A stretch of 33,119 bases of DNA from Anaerolineae bacterium (GCA_041082215.1 JBDOIF010000025.1:1-33119); one strand, 5' to 3'. Positions 1 through 9,401 are shown, counted from the first letter of the stretch. A program made the numbers and translations. The notes: generated from the sequence alone by a model not told the origin.

Positions 1-1040
1 ACCCGCGGCCGTCCCGTCCCCGCCACCCATCCCACAATCCCTACCTCCCCAACCTTCAGCCGGTGCCCACGCGCCAGCATCCGCTGACCACCCTCCGACG
101 ACGCCGCCCGCAGCACCGCGTACTCTTTCCCCTCATCCAGCAGAAACGCACCTGTATGGTAGAACCCAAACCGCTCCGAAATCAGCCGGACCACCCGGTC
201 CAGCAGTTTCCCCACATCCCGGATTGCCGCCGCCTCCCGCGCCACCTCCGCCGACGCCGCCAACTGAAGGGCACGCCGCTCCAGCGCCGTATTGGCCTCC
301 CTCAGTCGGGCGACCGCCTCTTCCAGCTCCCCTGTCCGCTCCGCCACCTTCCGCTCCAGCTCGACAGTCAGCTCCCGCAGGGGGTTCAGGAGCTGTCGGC
401 TGACGATGCCATACCCCAGGACAAGGACACTGACCGTGGTGGAGAAGGACATCACGGGGAAGGGGACGCGGAGCAGGCCGCCGATAACGAAGCCCATCAG
501 GAAGATGAACACGCTGGCCGCCATAAACGGCTCGCCGGTCCGGCGGCGTTCCCGCCAGAAGAGGATCAGCGCCCAGAAGGAGTAGAGGGCCGGCAGAACC
601 CCCGCCACGAATCCCCAGAAGGTGAGGTCGTGAGTGGTCACGCCGTTGGGTTCTATGCGGGGGCTGTAGATCAACTGATGGCGGAAGAGGAAAGGGGTGA
701 GCGCCAGGACCAGGAGGATGCCCATGCCTGCCGCGGTGTCCACCCCCCAGACAGGCCGCCCGACGTAGCGGACGGTGAACATCAGCAGGAGGGGGCCGGT
801 GAGCGCAAAGGCCAGGGTGGCCAGCTCCAGCAGGAGGGAAGGGTTGCCCACCGACGTCCACAGCGAGATGCGAAGCAGGAGGGCGAAGATCGCCCACGCC
901 GCCTCCGCCGAGACGAAGACGGCGAAACGGCGGTTGACCGAGTGGTAGACCCCGGCTGCCAGCACCATCATCGCCAGCGCCGTGGCGACCACCGTAGAGA
1001 CCCCATAAGCAGCTAAATCCAGCCAGAACACCCACGGCAT
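1..1040 (-). CDS. Membrane (7TM/HisKA_7TM-like) sensor with coiled coil and GAF domain; 3' end runs off the window; paralogue of 1044..2855
   Basis: Absent from the ORF track because it has no stop in the window. Translated by hand from ATG at 1040: MPWVFWLDLAAYGVSTVVATALAMMVL...RQLLNPLRELTVELERKVAERT...ERFGFYHTGAFLLDEGKEYAVLRAASSEGGQRMLARGHRLKVGEVGIVG. It aligns collinearly with the 603-aa neighbour, has a GAGGAG-type RBS upstream and starts 3 bp after that gene's stop. Confidence 0.9.
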   Translation of the reverse strand, partial: MPWVFWLDLAAYGVSTVVATALAMMVLAAGVYHSVNRRFAVFVSAEAAWAIFALLLRISLWTSVGNPSLLLELATLAFALTGPLLLMFTVRYVGRPVWGVDTAAGMGILLVLALTPFLFRHQLIYSPRIEPNGVTTHDLTFWGFVAGVLPALYSFWALILFWRERRRTGEPFMAASVFIFLMGFVIGGLLRVPFPVMSFSTTVSVLVLGYGIVSRQLLNPLRELTVELERKVAERTGELEEAVARLREANTALERRALQLAASAEVAREAAAIRDVGKLLDRVVRLISERFGFYHTGAFLLDEGKEYAVLRAASSEGGQRMLARGHRLKVGEVGIVGWVAGTGRPR

Positions 1041-1043
1041 CGC

Positions 1044-2855
1044 TTACTCCTCCTCACGTCCGGATGCCCCGTCCCCGCCTTCCGGCCCCGTCACCTCGAC
1101 CGCTGCCCAGCGGGCGCCCAGCGCCCGCCCCAGCTCCCGCACCGTCGTCCTGAGGACGGTATCGGGGTCCAGAGAGGCCCGCACCCGGCTGGCGATCTCC
1201 CCCACCGCCTGCTCGCGGGCGGCGCGCCGCTGGGCCTCTTCCCGGAGGCGGATGTTTTCCAGCGCCAGGGCCATTCGCTCCGCCACCCCCAGAGCCATCT
1301 CGACCTCCTCCGGCCGCCACTCCCCGGCCTCTGCCGGACGGTGGAACCCCAGCATGCCGATAGCTACACCCCGCAGCCGGACCGGTACGGCCAGGGCATA
1401 CCTCGCTTCCCCCCCTTCTCCCCACAGGGCGGTCGCCGCTCCCCCCCGGCTACGGGCTTCGGCGAAGAGGGCTTCCCAGGCCCCATCGGGGGCCGCCACG
1501 GGGCCGGCCTGGTACCGCTGCAGCTCCGGACGGGCCTCGACCAGCTCCCGCCAGGTCTTCTCCGCCATCACCTGATAGACGCGGCTGACCTCGTCCAGGC
1601 TGGACTGGACCTGGATAAAGAGCCGGGCATTCTCCAGACCCACCGCCAACTGGTCGGCCAGGGTCTGCAGCACCGCCACGTCCTCTTCGCTGAACGCTTC
1701 CGGCTCCTGCGACTGCACGTCCAGCACCCCGATCACCTCTCCCCGCACCTTCAGCGGCAACGCCATTTCGGAGCGGGTATCCGGCAGGTCCGGATTGGCG
1801 AAATGGACCGCATCCTCTCCGACATCGAGGGCAACGCGGGGCTCCCCCGTCCTGGCCACCCTTCCGACGATCCCCTCCTCTCCCACCCGCAGCCGGTGGC
1901 CGCGGGCCAGCAGCCGCTGCCCGCCTTCAGAGGAGGCGGCCCGGAGCACCGCGTACTCCCTCGCCTCGTCCAGCAGGAAGATGCCGACATGATAGAAGCC
2001 GAACCGCTCCGAGACCAGATGGACGGTGTCCTGGAGAAGCTGGGCCACGTCGCGGATGGCGGAGACGGAGCGGGCGACCTCAGCGGCGGTCTGAAGGTAC
2101 GTGACATGCCGTTGTAGCCTCCCCGCCGCCTCCTCCAGTTCCCGCGTCCGCTCTGCCACCTGTTCCTCCAGCCGCTCCGTCAATTCCCGCAGCGGATTGA
2201 AGAGCTGGCGGTTCACCACATCGTACCCCAGGAGGCCGATGACCAGGGTTATCGCCAGGCTGAGGGTGGGGAAGGGGAGCTGGACGAAGCTGAAGACCAC
2301 GCTGGAAGCCACCAGGAGGGTAAAGGCAAGCGGCAGGTAGAACCTTTCCACCTTCCTTCTCTCGGTCCAGAGAAGGAGCAGGACCAGCGCTGCGCTGACG
2401 AACAGCGGTACGGAGGTCAACCAGCCGAATCGAGTCCGATCCCAGATGACCGTGCCGCCGGGGCCGATCCGCACGTTGAACAGGACTTGGCCCTGGAAGA
2501 GGGGCACTCCGAAGGCCAGGACCAGTATCAGGCTGGTGACAGACACCCAGTAGGGCCAGTCCCGCTCCGGCCGGAGGTAGACGCCGGTGAAGAGGAGCAA
2601 CAGCGGCGCCAGGAGCATGAAGCCCATAGTGGAGAGCTCCATCCAGAACTGCTGGGTACCGGTGTTCAGCCAGAGGGCGATCCGGAGGATGACGGAGGAG
2701 CCCGCCCACAGCACCACACTGCCCATAACCAGGGCGAAGCTCAGGTTGACAACCCGGCGGATGCCCATCCCCAGGACGACCATCATCAGCGACACGGCGG
2801 CAATGGTCGTCAGGCCGTAGGCCCCGATGTCAATCCATAAAGTGGTGGTCGGCAT
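1044..2855 (-). CDS. 7TM membrane sensor + GAF + degenerate GAF + truncated C-terminal GAF-like module; no kinase or cyclase output domain
   Basis: About 7 hydrophobic helices in the first ~215 aa. GAF signature RSEMALPLKVRGEVIGVLDVQS...FSEEDVAVLQTLADQLAVGLENAR. GGAGG RBS upstream. Confidence 0.88.
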   Translation of the reverse strand: MPTTTLWIDIGAYGLTTIAAVSLMMVVLGMGIRRVVNLSFALVMGSVVLWAGSSVILRIALWLNTGTQQFWMELSTMGFMLLAPLLLLFTGVYLRPERDWPYWVSVTSLILVLAFGVPLFQGQVLFNVRIGPGGTVIWDRTRFGWLTSVPLFVSAALVLLLLWTERRKVERFYLPLAFTLLVASSVVFSFVQLPFPTLSLAITLVIGLLGYDVVNRQLFNPLRELTERLEEQVAERTRELEEAAGRLQRHVTYLQTAAEVARSVSAIRDVAQLLQDTVHLVSERFGFYHVGIFLLDEAREYAVLRAASSEGGQRLLARGHRLRVGEEGIVGRVARTGEPRVALDVGEDAVHFANPDLPDTRSEMALPLKVRGEVIGVLDVQSQEPEAFSEEDVAVLQTLADQLAVGLENARLFIQVQSSLDEVSRVYQVMAEKTWRELVEARPELQRYQAGPVAAPDGAWEALFAEARSRGGAATALWGEGGEARYALAVPVRLRGVAIGMLGFHRPAEAGEWRPEEVEMALGVAERMALALENIRLREEAQRRAAREQAVGEIASRVRASLDPDTVLRTTVRELGRALGARWAAVEVTGPEGGDGASGREEE

Positions 2856-2856
2856 C

Positions 2857-5199
2857 TCAACCTCCTCGTACCCGATCCCCGCCCGGCCCCAGCTCGACGT
2901 AGACGCCTGTCGCCCGCAACATGCGGGCCAGCTCTTCGGTCGAGCCGCGCAGCACCCCCTCCAGGTCCACTGCCCGCGCGATGCGGTCGCCGATGACCCG
3001 CACCGCGGCCTCCTGCTCGGCCCGCCGCCGCGCCAGCTCCAGCAGCCGCACCCGGTCCATAGCGACCGAAGCCTGATCGCTCAGCACTTCGTAGAGCCGG
3101 ACGGCGGACTCGGGGAAGCCGCCGGGCGTCACCCGATAGGCCGCGACAAAGCCCAGCAACCGGTCACCGATCCGGAGAGGGATGTTCGCAACCGCCTCAA
3201 CCCCTGCCCTTCGGAAGAAATCCCGCTCCTCTTCCGGGAGCGCGCCGGGTGCGGAGATGTCCGTCACCACCAGCATGTTCCGTATCCGTTCCATTCGCAT
3301 ATGGGCGGCGGAGACGGGCAGGCGGGTGCCCGGCCGGATAGGGGATTCCTGATCTCGTCGCCACGAGGCGACGAAGTGGAAAACCTCCGGTTCCCGGCTC
3401 CCGTACGGCTCGGTAAGGGCCACGATGCAGCCGTCCACGTCGGTCTCTTTCACCAGATCAACGATGACGTTGACCACCTCTTCCACCGCCATCGCCGTGG
3501 CCAGCCGACGGCTGGCCCGGTAGATGGGGCTGGTGGCCTCCAGCAGCAGCGCCTCGTCGGAGATACGCCAGGCGTTTTCCAGAGCTACGGCGATCTGGTC
3601 GGCCATGCTCTGCAAAGCCCGCACATCGTCTTCGTCGAAGGCGGCCTCCTCGGTGGATTGCACATCCAGCACCCCCAACAGCCGCGTACCGACCATCAGT
3701 GGGAGGGTCATTTCGGAGCGGGTGTAAGGGAGCAGGGGGTTGGCAAAGTGGACCGCGTCCGCTCCCACGTCCAGCGCGATGCGGGGCCGGCGGTGAAGGG
3801 CGGTCCAGCCAACCATACTGGTCTCTCCCACCGGCAGCCGGTGGCCCCGGGCCTTCATCATAGCCCCGGCCTCGCCCGTCGCTTCCCGCAATACGGCCCA
3901 CCGACCGGATTCGTCCATCAGGAAGATGCCGGCGTGATAGAAGCCGAACCGCTCGCGGATCAGGTCCACCGTCCGGCGCAGCAACTGGTCCACGTCGAAG
4001 ATGGAGGTGATCGCCCGACCGACCTCGGCGCTCGCCTCCAGTTGCATCGCCCGCCGCTGGAGGGCGTAGTTGGCTTCCTGGAGCGCGCGCGTCCGCTCCT
4101 GCACCCGCTCCTCCAGCTCGCTGTAGAGGGCCTGGAGGCTCGAGGCCATCCGGTTGAAAGCGACGGCCAGCTTGCCGAACTCGTCCGCCTGCTCCACCCG
4201 AACCCGCTCACCCAGGTGGCCAGCGGCCAGGCGGGAGGTGGCATGGGTGATCTGCTCCAGCGGCCAGGCGATGCTCCGCAGGGTGGCAACGGTTGTGATC
4301 ACCATCGTCGCTGTGATCAGCAGCCCCCAGACAACGGGAACCCTTCGGACCAGCTGACGGGCCTCGCTCAGCCGGGCAAGCTGATCCGCCTCCCGTTCCG
4401 CCGTCAGTTCCCTCACACGGGCCATGGAGGAACTCAGCCGTTGGTGATAAAAGGAGACCAGCCCCAACTGGGTATATCGCCGGACCACTCTCCAGTTTCC
4501 CGCCTCTGCGTACCGGAGCATCTGGCGCGTCAGGTTCTCCACGGGGCGCGTATAATCGTACAATCGGATGAGCGCCTGCCGAAGCGGGTCCCCCTGAGGG
4601 AGAGCCGATGCAGCAGAGATGAGCTCATCCGTCGCCTCCTGCAGCGCCTCCCAGGACCCCTCCACATCCTGCCGAAAGCGGGCCGCGTCCCGTTCCTGCC
4701 CCCTTTCGACCATAAGGGCGAGGAGGTTGATCGTCGCCCCTTCCACTTTCAGAGCAGCGTTTTCCTGGAGCTGGAGCTGCTGAAGTGCCACATTGGCTTC
4801 CTCCGCCTGTCGGAAAGAGCTGAAGATAAAGAGCGCGGAGGCGGCCAGCATGGTGAGAAGGATCGAGAGGGTCCCGATGAGCCGGTCGCGGACTGTTGTG
4901 ACCCGGGCGGCGATGATGGGCCGCGATACCTCCTCTTCTTTCTCCTCTTCCTCGGCCTCGCGGATGGGCTGCAGGATCACGACGCCACGGGGAGGAGCCT
5001 CCGGAACCTCCGGTGGGGCAACTGGCCCGGCCTCTACCTTCCGCACCGGAACCTCCTCGACTGTCGGCGGCGGGGCCGGTTGCGGACGGCCCTCCTCCGG
5101 GGTCGGCGGAGGAGGGGGTTCGGGCTTTCCCTCCGGTTCCGGCGGAGAGAAACCCGAGAACAGCTTTTCCAAAGAGTCCCTCAACTTATCATCGCTCAT
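2857..5199 (-). CDS. Membrane sensor: N-terminal helix + Pro/Glu-rich linker, TM-helical extracellular domain-TM, HAMP, two GAF domains, truncated GAF-like tail; no output domain
   Basis: HAMP motif (PLEQITHATSRLAAGHLGERV...DEFGKLAVAFNRMA) and GAF motifs. Start placed at ATG 5199 (MSDDKL) behind AGAGGA rather than at 5229. Confidence 0.87.
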   Translation of the reverse strand: MSDDKLRDSLEKLFSGFSPPEPEGKPEPPPPPTPEEGRPQPAPPPTVEEVPVRKVEAGPVAPPEVPEAPPRGVVILQPIREAEEEEKEEEVSRPIIAARVTTVRDRLIGTLSILLTMLAASALFIFSSFRQAEEANVALQQLQLQENAALKVEGATINLLALMVERGQERDAARFRQDVEGSWEALQEATDELISAASALPQGDPLRQALIRLYDYTRPVENLTRQMLRYAEAGNWRVVRRYTQLGLVSFYHQRLSSSMARVRELTAEREADQLARLSEARQLVRRVPVVWGLLITATMVITTVATLRSIAWPLEQITHATSRLAAGHLGERVRVEQADEFGKLAVAFNRMASSLQALYSELEERVQERTRALQEANYALQRRAMQLEASAEVGRAITSIFDVDQLLRRTVDLIRERFGFYHAGIFLMDESGRWAVLREATGEAGAMMKARGHRLPVGETSMVGWTALHRRPRIALDVGADAVHFANPLLPYTRSEMTLPLMVGTRLLGVLDVQSTEEAAFDEDDVRALQSMADQIAVALENAWRISDEALLLEATSPIYRASRRLATAMAVEEVVNVIVDLVKETDVDGCIVALTEPYGSREPEVFHFVASWRRDQESPIRPGTRLPVSAAHMRMERIRNMLVVTDISAPGALPEEERDFFRRAGVEAVANIPLRIGDRLLGFVAAYRVTPGGFPESAVRLYEVLSDQASVAMDRVRLLELARRRAEQEAAVRVIGDRIARAVDLEGVLRGSTEELARMLRATGVYVELGPGGDRVRGG

Positions 5200-6079
5200 G
5201 GCCCATCCTCTCTTTTCTTCCCCGCCCATCTGGTGGAGCTGCGGTCAGCGATGCCCCTGGCCGGTCGGCCAGGAGTGACTCCTCCCCGGAGAGGGGAGTG
5301 GGGAGGGAGCTCAGAGATGCGAGGAACGGACCCAGCTCCTGTGCCAGTGTCCGGTACTCCGCTGCTGCCCGCGTGTGGGGCGCATACTGAGTGACCGGCA
5401 ACCCGTAGGCCGGACTCTCCCGCAATTTGGTGTCGGTCTGGATCATAGTCTCCAGGAGGGCCTCCCGGAAGTGGCGCCGGAGGTATTCCAGCACCAGCCG
5501 GTGGACCTTGTTGCGGCCGTCGTACATCACGACGAGCAGCCGATAAGCCAGGCGGGGGTTGGTCTTGCGACGCACCAGCCGCACCATATCCAGCATCTGG
5601 CGGACCGAACGCACGGCGTAGAACTCGCACTGGGTGGGGATCAACAACAGATCGGCCGCTGTGAGGGCGTTGAGCGTCAGCGTGCCGAAGGAGGGGGGGC
5701 AATCCAGAAGGATCGCGTCGTAGAGCTGATCGCGCGCCCGATCGAGCGCCTCCTTCAGGCGGAACTCGTACCCCTGTCGCTGGTAGAGCACCTTATCCAG
5801 AACGACCAGCTCCCGATTGGACGGCACCAGGTCCAGCCCCTCCACCGGGGTTTCCCGGCTGGCGGCGACCAGGGAACTCTGCCCCAGCAGCACATCCCCA
5901 ACTGTACGGCGCAACGTTCCCATATCAATGCCCAGCGATGCAGTCAGGTGGGCCTGGGGGTCCATATCCACCAGCAACACCCACCGGCCCTGCTCGGCCA
6001 GGCTACCACCCAGCGAAAGGCAGGTCGTGGTCTTTGCCACTCCACCCTTACTGTTCGCGATGGCGATCACTGCGCTCAT
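5189..6079 (-). CDS. parA: ParA/Soj family ATPase (orphan; no parB in window)
   Basis: Deviant Walker A KGGVAKTTT, DMDPQ, DCPPS, IPTQCEFY, MYDGR and KLRESPAYGLP. Start ATG 6079 overlaps the kinase stop (ATGA). Confidence 0.93.
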   Translation of the reverse strand: MSAVIAIANSKGGVAKTTTCLSLGGSLAEQGRWVLLVDMDPQAHLTASLGIDMGTLRRTVGDVLLGQSSLVAASRETPVEGLDLVPSNRELVVLDKVLYQRQGYEFRLKEALDRARDQLYDAILLDCPPSFGTLTLNALTAADLLLIPTQCEFYAVRSVRQMLDMVRLVRRKTNPRLAYRLLVVMYDGRNKVHRLVLEYLRRHFREALLETMIQTDTKLRESPAYGLPVTQYAPHTRAAAEYRTLAQELGPFLASLSSLPTPLSGEESLLADRPGASLTAAPPDGRGRKERMGHER

Positions 6080-8448
6080 TCCGCCCCTCCCGTCCTTACC
6101 CCTCTCCGCCCGATGGGTTCCAGCGGCAGCGTAAACGTGAAGGTGGAGCCTTTCCCCACCTCGCTCTCCACCCAGATCTCCCCCCCATGCATCTCCACGA
6201 ACTCCTTGCTCAGGGCCAGCCCCAGGCCGGCCCCGTTGGGCCGACGACCATCCTCCAGCCTCCCCTGCTCGAACCGCTCGAAGATCCGCTCCATATCGGC
6301 CGGAGGGATGCCGATACCGGTGTCGCTCACACTGACGCAAACCCGGTCCCCCTCCGCCCAGGCCCGCACCTGAATCTCCCCCCGCTCGGTGAACTTGGCC
6401 GCGTTGGCCAGAAGGCGCAGCAGGACCTGGCGGACGCGGATCGGGTCCGCCCAGACAGCCGGGAGGCCCGGCGCGACCTCTTCTCGCAGCACCACGTCCT
6501 TATCCCGCACCAGTGCGCTGGCGGTCGCCATCACGCTGTGGATCAGGTCGGCCAGGTCCACCACCCGGAACTCCAGCTCCATCAGCCCCGCTTCGATCTG
6601 GGAGATGTCCAGCAGGTCGTTGATCAACCCCAGGAGGTGTCTGCCGTTGTGCCAGATGATCTCCAGGTCAACCCGCTGCTGCTCTGTGAGCGGGCCATCA
6701 ATTCCCTTCAACATCAACTGAGAGAAGCCGATGATATTGGTGAGGGGGGTCCGCAACTCATGGGACATATTGGCCAGGAACCGCCGCTTGGAGCGGTCCA
6801 GCTCCCGCAGCCGTTCCGCCGCTTCCCGCTCTACCGCATAGGCACGGGCGTTCTCCAGGGCGATGGTGATCTGATGGGCGACGTTCTGGAGGACGGAGAC
6901 GTCATCCTGATCGAAGCCGACCTGGTCGGTGCTCTGCACATCCAGCACACCCAGGGTGCGGTCCCCCAGCCGGAGCGGCAGCGCCACCTCCGAGCGGGTA
7001 TAGGAGACCGGCGGGCCTACCGTCAGCGGGAGGGACCGGCTTTCCACCACTGCCTCCCCTTCCCGGAAGGCCCGCCCCACCGGTCCGGGCGCGCCAAGGG
7101 GGATAGCGGAGCCGTGGAAGGGGTCCGGCTCCCCAACAGAAGCCCGCAGGAGGAGGTGCTCTTCTCCCTCATCGGCCGTATAGACCGCCACATAGGAATA
7201 CAGGAAACGGTCCCGCACCACCTGGACCACCTGCCTGAGCAGGCGGTCGGGGTCGAGGATGGAGGTGACCGCCTGCCCGACCTCCAGGCTGGCCTGCATC
7301 TGGATTGCGCGTCGCTGGATCTGGTAGTTGGCGAGTTGCAGAAGCTCCGTCCGCTCGGCGACCTTCGCCTCCAGGTCGTTGTAGAGCACCTCCAGATCGG
7401 CGGCCATCCGGTTAAAGACGGAGGCCAGGATGCCGATCTCGTCGCGGGAGGAGACCCTGACCCTTTGGGAGAGGTCCCCTCCGGCGATGCGGAGGGCCGA
7501 TTCGGTCAGATGGACCACAGGGCGGGTGATCTGGCGGGTGACGAAAGCAGCGATAACGGCGGTGGCGAGGGCGACGGCCAGGGTGGCGGCGATGACGGCG
7601 GTGGCGACAGCATCGTTGCCGGCGAAGGCTTCCTCCTGCGGCTGCTCGACGAAAAGGGCCACCCCCAGGTCCGGCAGCCAGCGGTAGACGCCGATGACCG
7701 GCTTCCCCTCGTAGTTCTCGTACAGCCCTTCCGACGAGCTGCCGGACAGGGCGGCCTGCACGGCATCACCACCCAGCCGCTGTCCCTGAGGAAGGGCCAT
7801 CCCTGCCCGATCCACCAGGTAAGCCTCTCCCTGCCTCCCCAGGCCGGCCGTCTCCTCCAGCAACCGGATCAACCCCTCCGGGGGGACCCGGACGGCCAGG
7901 TAGGGGCAGTCGGTGTCGTAGGGGAACGGTCCCACCACGACCAGCCCCCCCTGCCCTTCCAGGTCCAATGTCAGCTCCACCGCCGACGGCTCACCGGGCA
8001 GCGAGGGGTTACCGAAACCCATCCTCCTGCCCTCCCACGTCTCGTCGCCTGCCCATTCCACCCGCCCTTCGGAGTCCAGGAGCGCCACATCGGCCAATCC
8101 CCAATCGTGCGCTGCCGCCGCCAGGCGGGCGTGGACCTGGTGGGGATCGGGGTTTGCATCCCTCAAAGCCGCCTCTACCTGGGACATGAGGTCAGGCTCC
8201 CTCAAAACGGCGATCTGCTCTTCTACCCAGCGCCTGATCTGCGTTTCCTTCAATTCGGCAATTGAGCTCAACTTCTCGGTCACCTCTTGCTGGAGGTTGG
8301 CCCGGTTCCGGTTCGTCGCATACCAGCTGACGATGCTGAGCGGCAGGATGGCCAGGATCAGGAAGGCGGTCAGCAGCGTGCGGCCGAGGCCGCCCCGCAT
8401 CCCTACCTCTGGCACCTCCGGCCCTGCTCCCCGTTCCTCCAGCTCCAT
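6076..8448 (-). CDS. Sensor histidine kinase (TM, Cache-like extracellular domain, HAMP, GAF, HisKA, HATPase_c)
   Basis: H-box FLANMSHELRTPL, N-box LLANAAKFT, G1 DTGIGI, G2 GAGLGL. HAMP and GAF motifs lie upstream. Confidence 0.95.
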   Translation of the reverse strand: MELEERGAGPEVPEVGMRGGLGRTLLTAFLILAILPLSIVSWYATNRNRANLQQEVTEKLSSIAELKETQIRRWVEEQIAVLREPDLMSQVEAALRDANPDPHQVHARLAAAAHDWGLADVALLDSEGRVEWAGDETWEGRRMGFGNPSLPGEPSAVELTLDLEGQGGLVVVGPFPYDTDCPYLAVRVPPEGLIRLLEETAGLGRQGEAYLVDRAGMALPQGQRLGGDAVQAALSGSSSEGLYENYEGKPVIGVYRWLPDLGVALFVEQPQEEAFAGNDAVATAVIAATLAVALATAVIAAFVTRQITRPVVHLTESALRIAGGDLSQRVRVSSRDEIGILASVFNRMAADLEVLYNDLEAKVAERTELLQLANYQIQRRAIQMQASLEVGQAVTSILDPDRLLRQVVQVVRDRFLYSYVAVYTADEGEEHLLLRASVGEPDPFHGSAIPLGAPGPVGRAFREGEAVVESRSLPLTVGPPVSYTRSEVALPLRLGDRTLGVLDVQSTDQVGFDQDDVSVLQNVAHQITIALENARAYAVEREAAERLRELDRSKRRFLANMSHELRTPLTNIIGFSQLMLKGIDGPLTEQQRVDLEIIWHNGRHLLGLINDLLDISQIEAGLMELEFRVVDLADLIHSVMATASALVRDKDVVLREEVAPGLPAVWADPIRVRQVLLRLLANAAKFTERGEIQVRAWAEGDRVCVSVSDTGIGIPPADMERIFERFEQGRLEDGRRPNGAGLGLALSKEFVEMHGGEIWVESEVGKGSTFTFTLPLEPIGRRGVRTGGAE

Positions 8449-8576
8449 ACCGCCCTCACATCCCCCTGTGACACACCGGGCGGGTCTCCAAAATATGCCT
8501 ATGGCCTCAACATGAGCCCATCAGGCAAAGAGACCCGCCCTTCTGTTCTTGAGTCTGGCCGGTCGTCCAGCCTATC

Positions 8577-8987
8577 TCAGGAAAGCTCCCAGACCGACTC
8601 CCCTCGCAGGACGCGGCGGATCTGCTCAGGGAACCGGTCCGGGTCCAACGGCTTACCGATAAACCCATCAAAGCCGGCCTGACGAGCCCGCTCCATATTT
8701 TCCTGGCTGGCGTCGGCGGTGACGGCGACGATGAGGGTGTTCTGGAAACGGGGCTCAGACCGAAGCAAACCCAGCGCTTCATACCCATCCCGCTCCGGCA
8801 GCATAATGTCCATCAGGATCAGGTCAATGTGGGGAAGGGATTCGGCAAACTCCAGAACCTGCCAGCCGGAGGCCTTCCACTCACATCGCTGGACCCCAAG
8901 ATAGGCCAGGAGACGGGCGATAAGCAGGAAGTTGTTCAGGTTATCTTCGACCACGAGAACGGTGGCATCCTGTGGATTGATGGCCAT
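8577..8987 (-). CDS. Single-domain response regulator (CheY/DivK-like receiver)
   Basis: VLVVEDN, LILMDIMLP (phospho-Asp), VAVTA, FIGKP; no output domain. Confidence 0.93.
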   Translation of the reverse strand: MAINPQDATVLVVEDNLNNFLLIARLLAYLGVQRCEWKASGWQVLEFAESLPHIDLILMDIMLPERDGYEALGLLRSEPRFQNTLIVAVTADASQENMERARQAGFDGFIGKPLDPDRFPEQIRRVLRGESVWELS

Positions 8988-9020
8988 GCCTGCTCCGTCT
9001 CATCCGTCGGGTTGCTTCCT

Positions 9021-9401
9021 CTAGCCTTTCCGCGGGCGGAGGAAGCCAGCGATCTGTGCCGGCAGGGTATCCACATCGACCGGCTTCTGGATATACCCGT
9101 CACAGCCAGCAGCTAAGGTCCTCTCTCGATCCCCCTTCATCACATTCGCAGTCAGGGCAATGATCGGCACACCTCCCAACCCCGGCAGGCTGCGCAACCG
9201 TCCGACCATCTGATACCCATCCACCTCCGGGAGGTTGATATCCAGCAGGATCAGATCGGGCAGGGACTGGCGCGCCATTTCCAGGCCGGTCGGGCCATCG
9301 GTAGCCTCGACGACGGTGTACCCCTCCGCTTCCAGGATCCGCCGCACGAGAAGGCGGTTTTCAGGGTTGTCTTCGATGTAAAGAATGGTGGGTTGGTCCA
9401 T
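9021..9401 (-). CDS. Single-domain response regulator (DivK-like receiver)
   Basis: ILYIEDN, LILLDINLP, IALTANVMKGDRE, YIQKP. Confidence 0.95.
   Translation of the reverse strand: MDQPTILYIEDNPENRLLVRRILEAEGYTVVEATDGPTGLEMARQSLPDLILLDINLPEVDGYQMVGRLRSLPGLGGVPIIALTANVMKGDRERTLAAGCDGYIQKPVDVDTLPAQIAGFLRPRKG

Noticed and set aside
133..1035. 300-aa minus-strand ORF in the track
   Set aside because: Wrong frame. The real gene starts at ATG 1040 in another frame and runs off the window.
5189..6079. ParA as a marker of a plasmid, prophage or chromosomal parABS locus
   Set aside because: No parB, parS palindrome, rep or phage genes were seen, and it is translationally coupled within a signalling operon.
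63..8265. Long plus-strand ORFs (63..1016, 2827..5394, 5375..6373, 5938..8265)
   Set aside because: Antisense shadows of clear minus-strand genes in high-GC DNA; no recognisable motifs.
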